DNA of 21,241 nucleotides from Solemya velum (Eukaryota): NCBI GenBank assembly GCA_048127485.1, contig JBHNWI010000006.1, positions 46,345,538 to 46,366,778 of the forward strand, read 5' to 3'. Shown piece by piece: positions 20,697 to 21,241 of this stretch (position 1 is its first letter; each line of letters starts with the position of its first letter). The notes under the pieces were generated by a model. It saw only the letters and a program-made list of their open reading frames with translations, ran no database searches and was not told where the DNA came from. The position numbers and the translations under genes were made by a program.

Positions 20697-21048
20697 GAAA
20701 GCCGGACTCTCTGGCGAAGATGCGGAAAATAAAGCCAGGCGTAAAATACGGCCACGTGAAATTGCCGGATTTATGAACAAATATGCCAAGCACATTCAGT
20801 ATTATTACTGTTGGATCACGGTGGCTTACACGGTAAAGTCATGCAGTCCATTCACGAATATATGGACGATGACGTCGGACGGATTAAAAAGCGATTCGTA
20901 TGTCTTGAGAAAATTCGAGCACGAGCTAAGAGAATACTGGAAAGCGACGAAGAAAGTGATTTTGATCAGACTGATGCCTCAAATGATTACGAATCGGACT
21001 AGGTCAATAAAGACCGCATACCGCGTACATTACATCCCGGAGGAGTGA
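20665..21048 (+). CDS. 127-aa ORF with a highly basic N-terminus (MNGKRRWKKYKK...RRKIRPR). It overlaps an alternative-frame acidic ORF at 20811-21002. Function unknown. AATAAA signals sit at 21005 and 21184.
   Basis: ORF with an ATG start. The composition suggests a nucleic-acid-binding protein. No recognisable domain. Confidence 0.25.
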   Translation: MNGKRRWKKYKKAGLSGEDAENKARRKIRPREIAGFMNKYAKHIQYYYCWITVAYTVKSCSPFTNIWTMTSDGLKSDSYVLRKFEHELREYWKATKKVILIRLMPQMITNRTRSIKTAYRVHYIPEE

Positions 21049-21241
21049 TTTGACGCCATTGATCGACATGGAAACGTGGAAGAAACATTTTACCGATAGT
21101 CCGATGTTGTTCTGTTTTTAGAGAAATATACTGTCCATCGTGTATATCGTGAATGTCGGGTTTCACGTGTTTGTCAAATGTCAATAAAAATGTGAAAAGA
21201 ATTTAAATTTGTCGTCTTTACTCCTTTAGCGTAAAAAAAAG

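Overview
This window reads as eukaryotic, probably invertebrate, nuclear DNA. It is AT-rich, dense in repeats and has no prokaryotic operon structure.

The main features are:
- A 5'-truncated non-LTR (LINE) retrotransposon on the minus strand (about 11700-14570). It has a long RT/ORF2 reading frame with a YADD catalytic motif and a C-terminal CCHC finger.
- A second, heavily decayed LINE RT fragment on the plus strand (5330-5720).
- At least five tRNA-derived SINE copies of about three families. Two are copies of one family on the minus strand (2645-2950 and 14735-15006).
- The first coding exon of a B-box zinc-finger (TRIM-like) gene at 4681-5220, ending at a GTAAGT splice donor.
- Several tandem duplications and minisatellites.

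The last 3.8 kb (about 17460-21241) differs from the rest. It is GC-richer, compact and intron-free. It holds an intact TBP-family ORF (18112-18636) behind a TATA/CCAAT/CRE-type promoter and a 44-bp-period minisatellite built on the palindrome CACCGGTG (19111-19316). It also holds an A32/FtsK-HerA-type DNA-packaging ATPase broken by three frameshifts (19490-20298), plus small zinc-finger, acidic and basic ORFs with poly(A) signals.

A TBP-like gene next to an A32-type packaging ATPase fits the gene repertoire of large dsDNA viruses (Nucleocytoviricota-like) or of Polinton/Maverick-like elements. This block is the most likely candidate for an endogenous viral or novel mobile-element fragment. 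All calls rest on reading the sequence and on motif knowledge. No database search was run.
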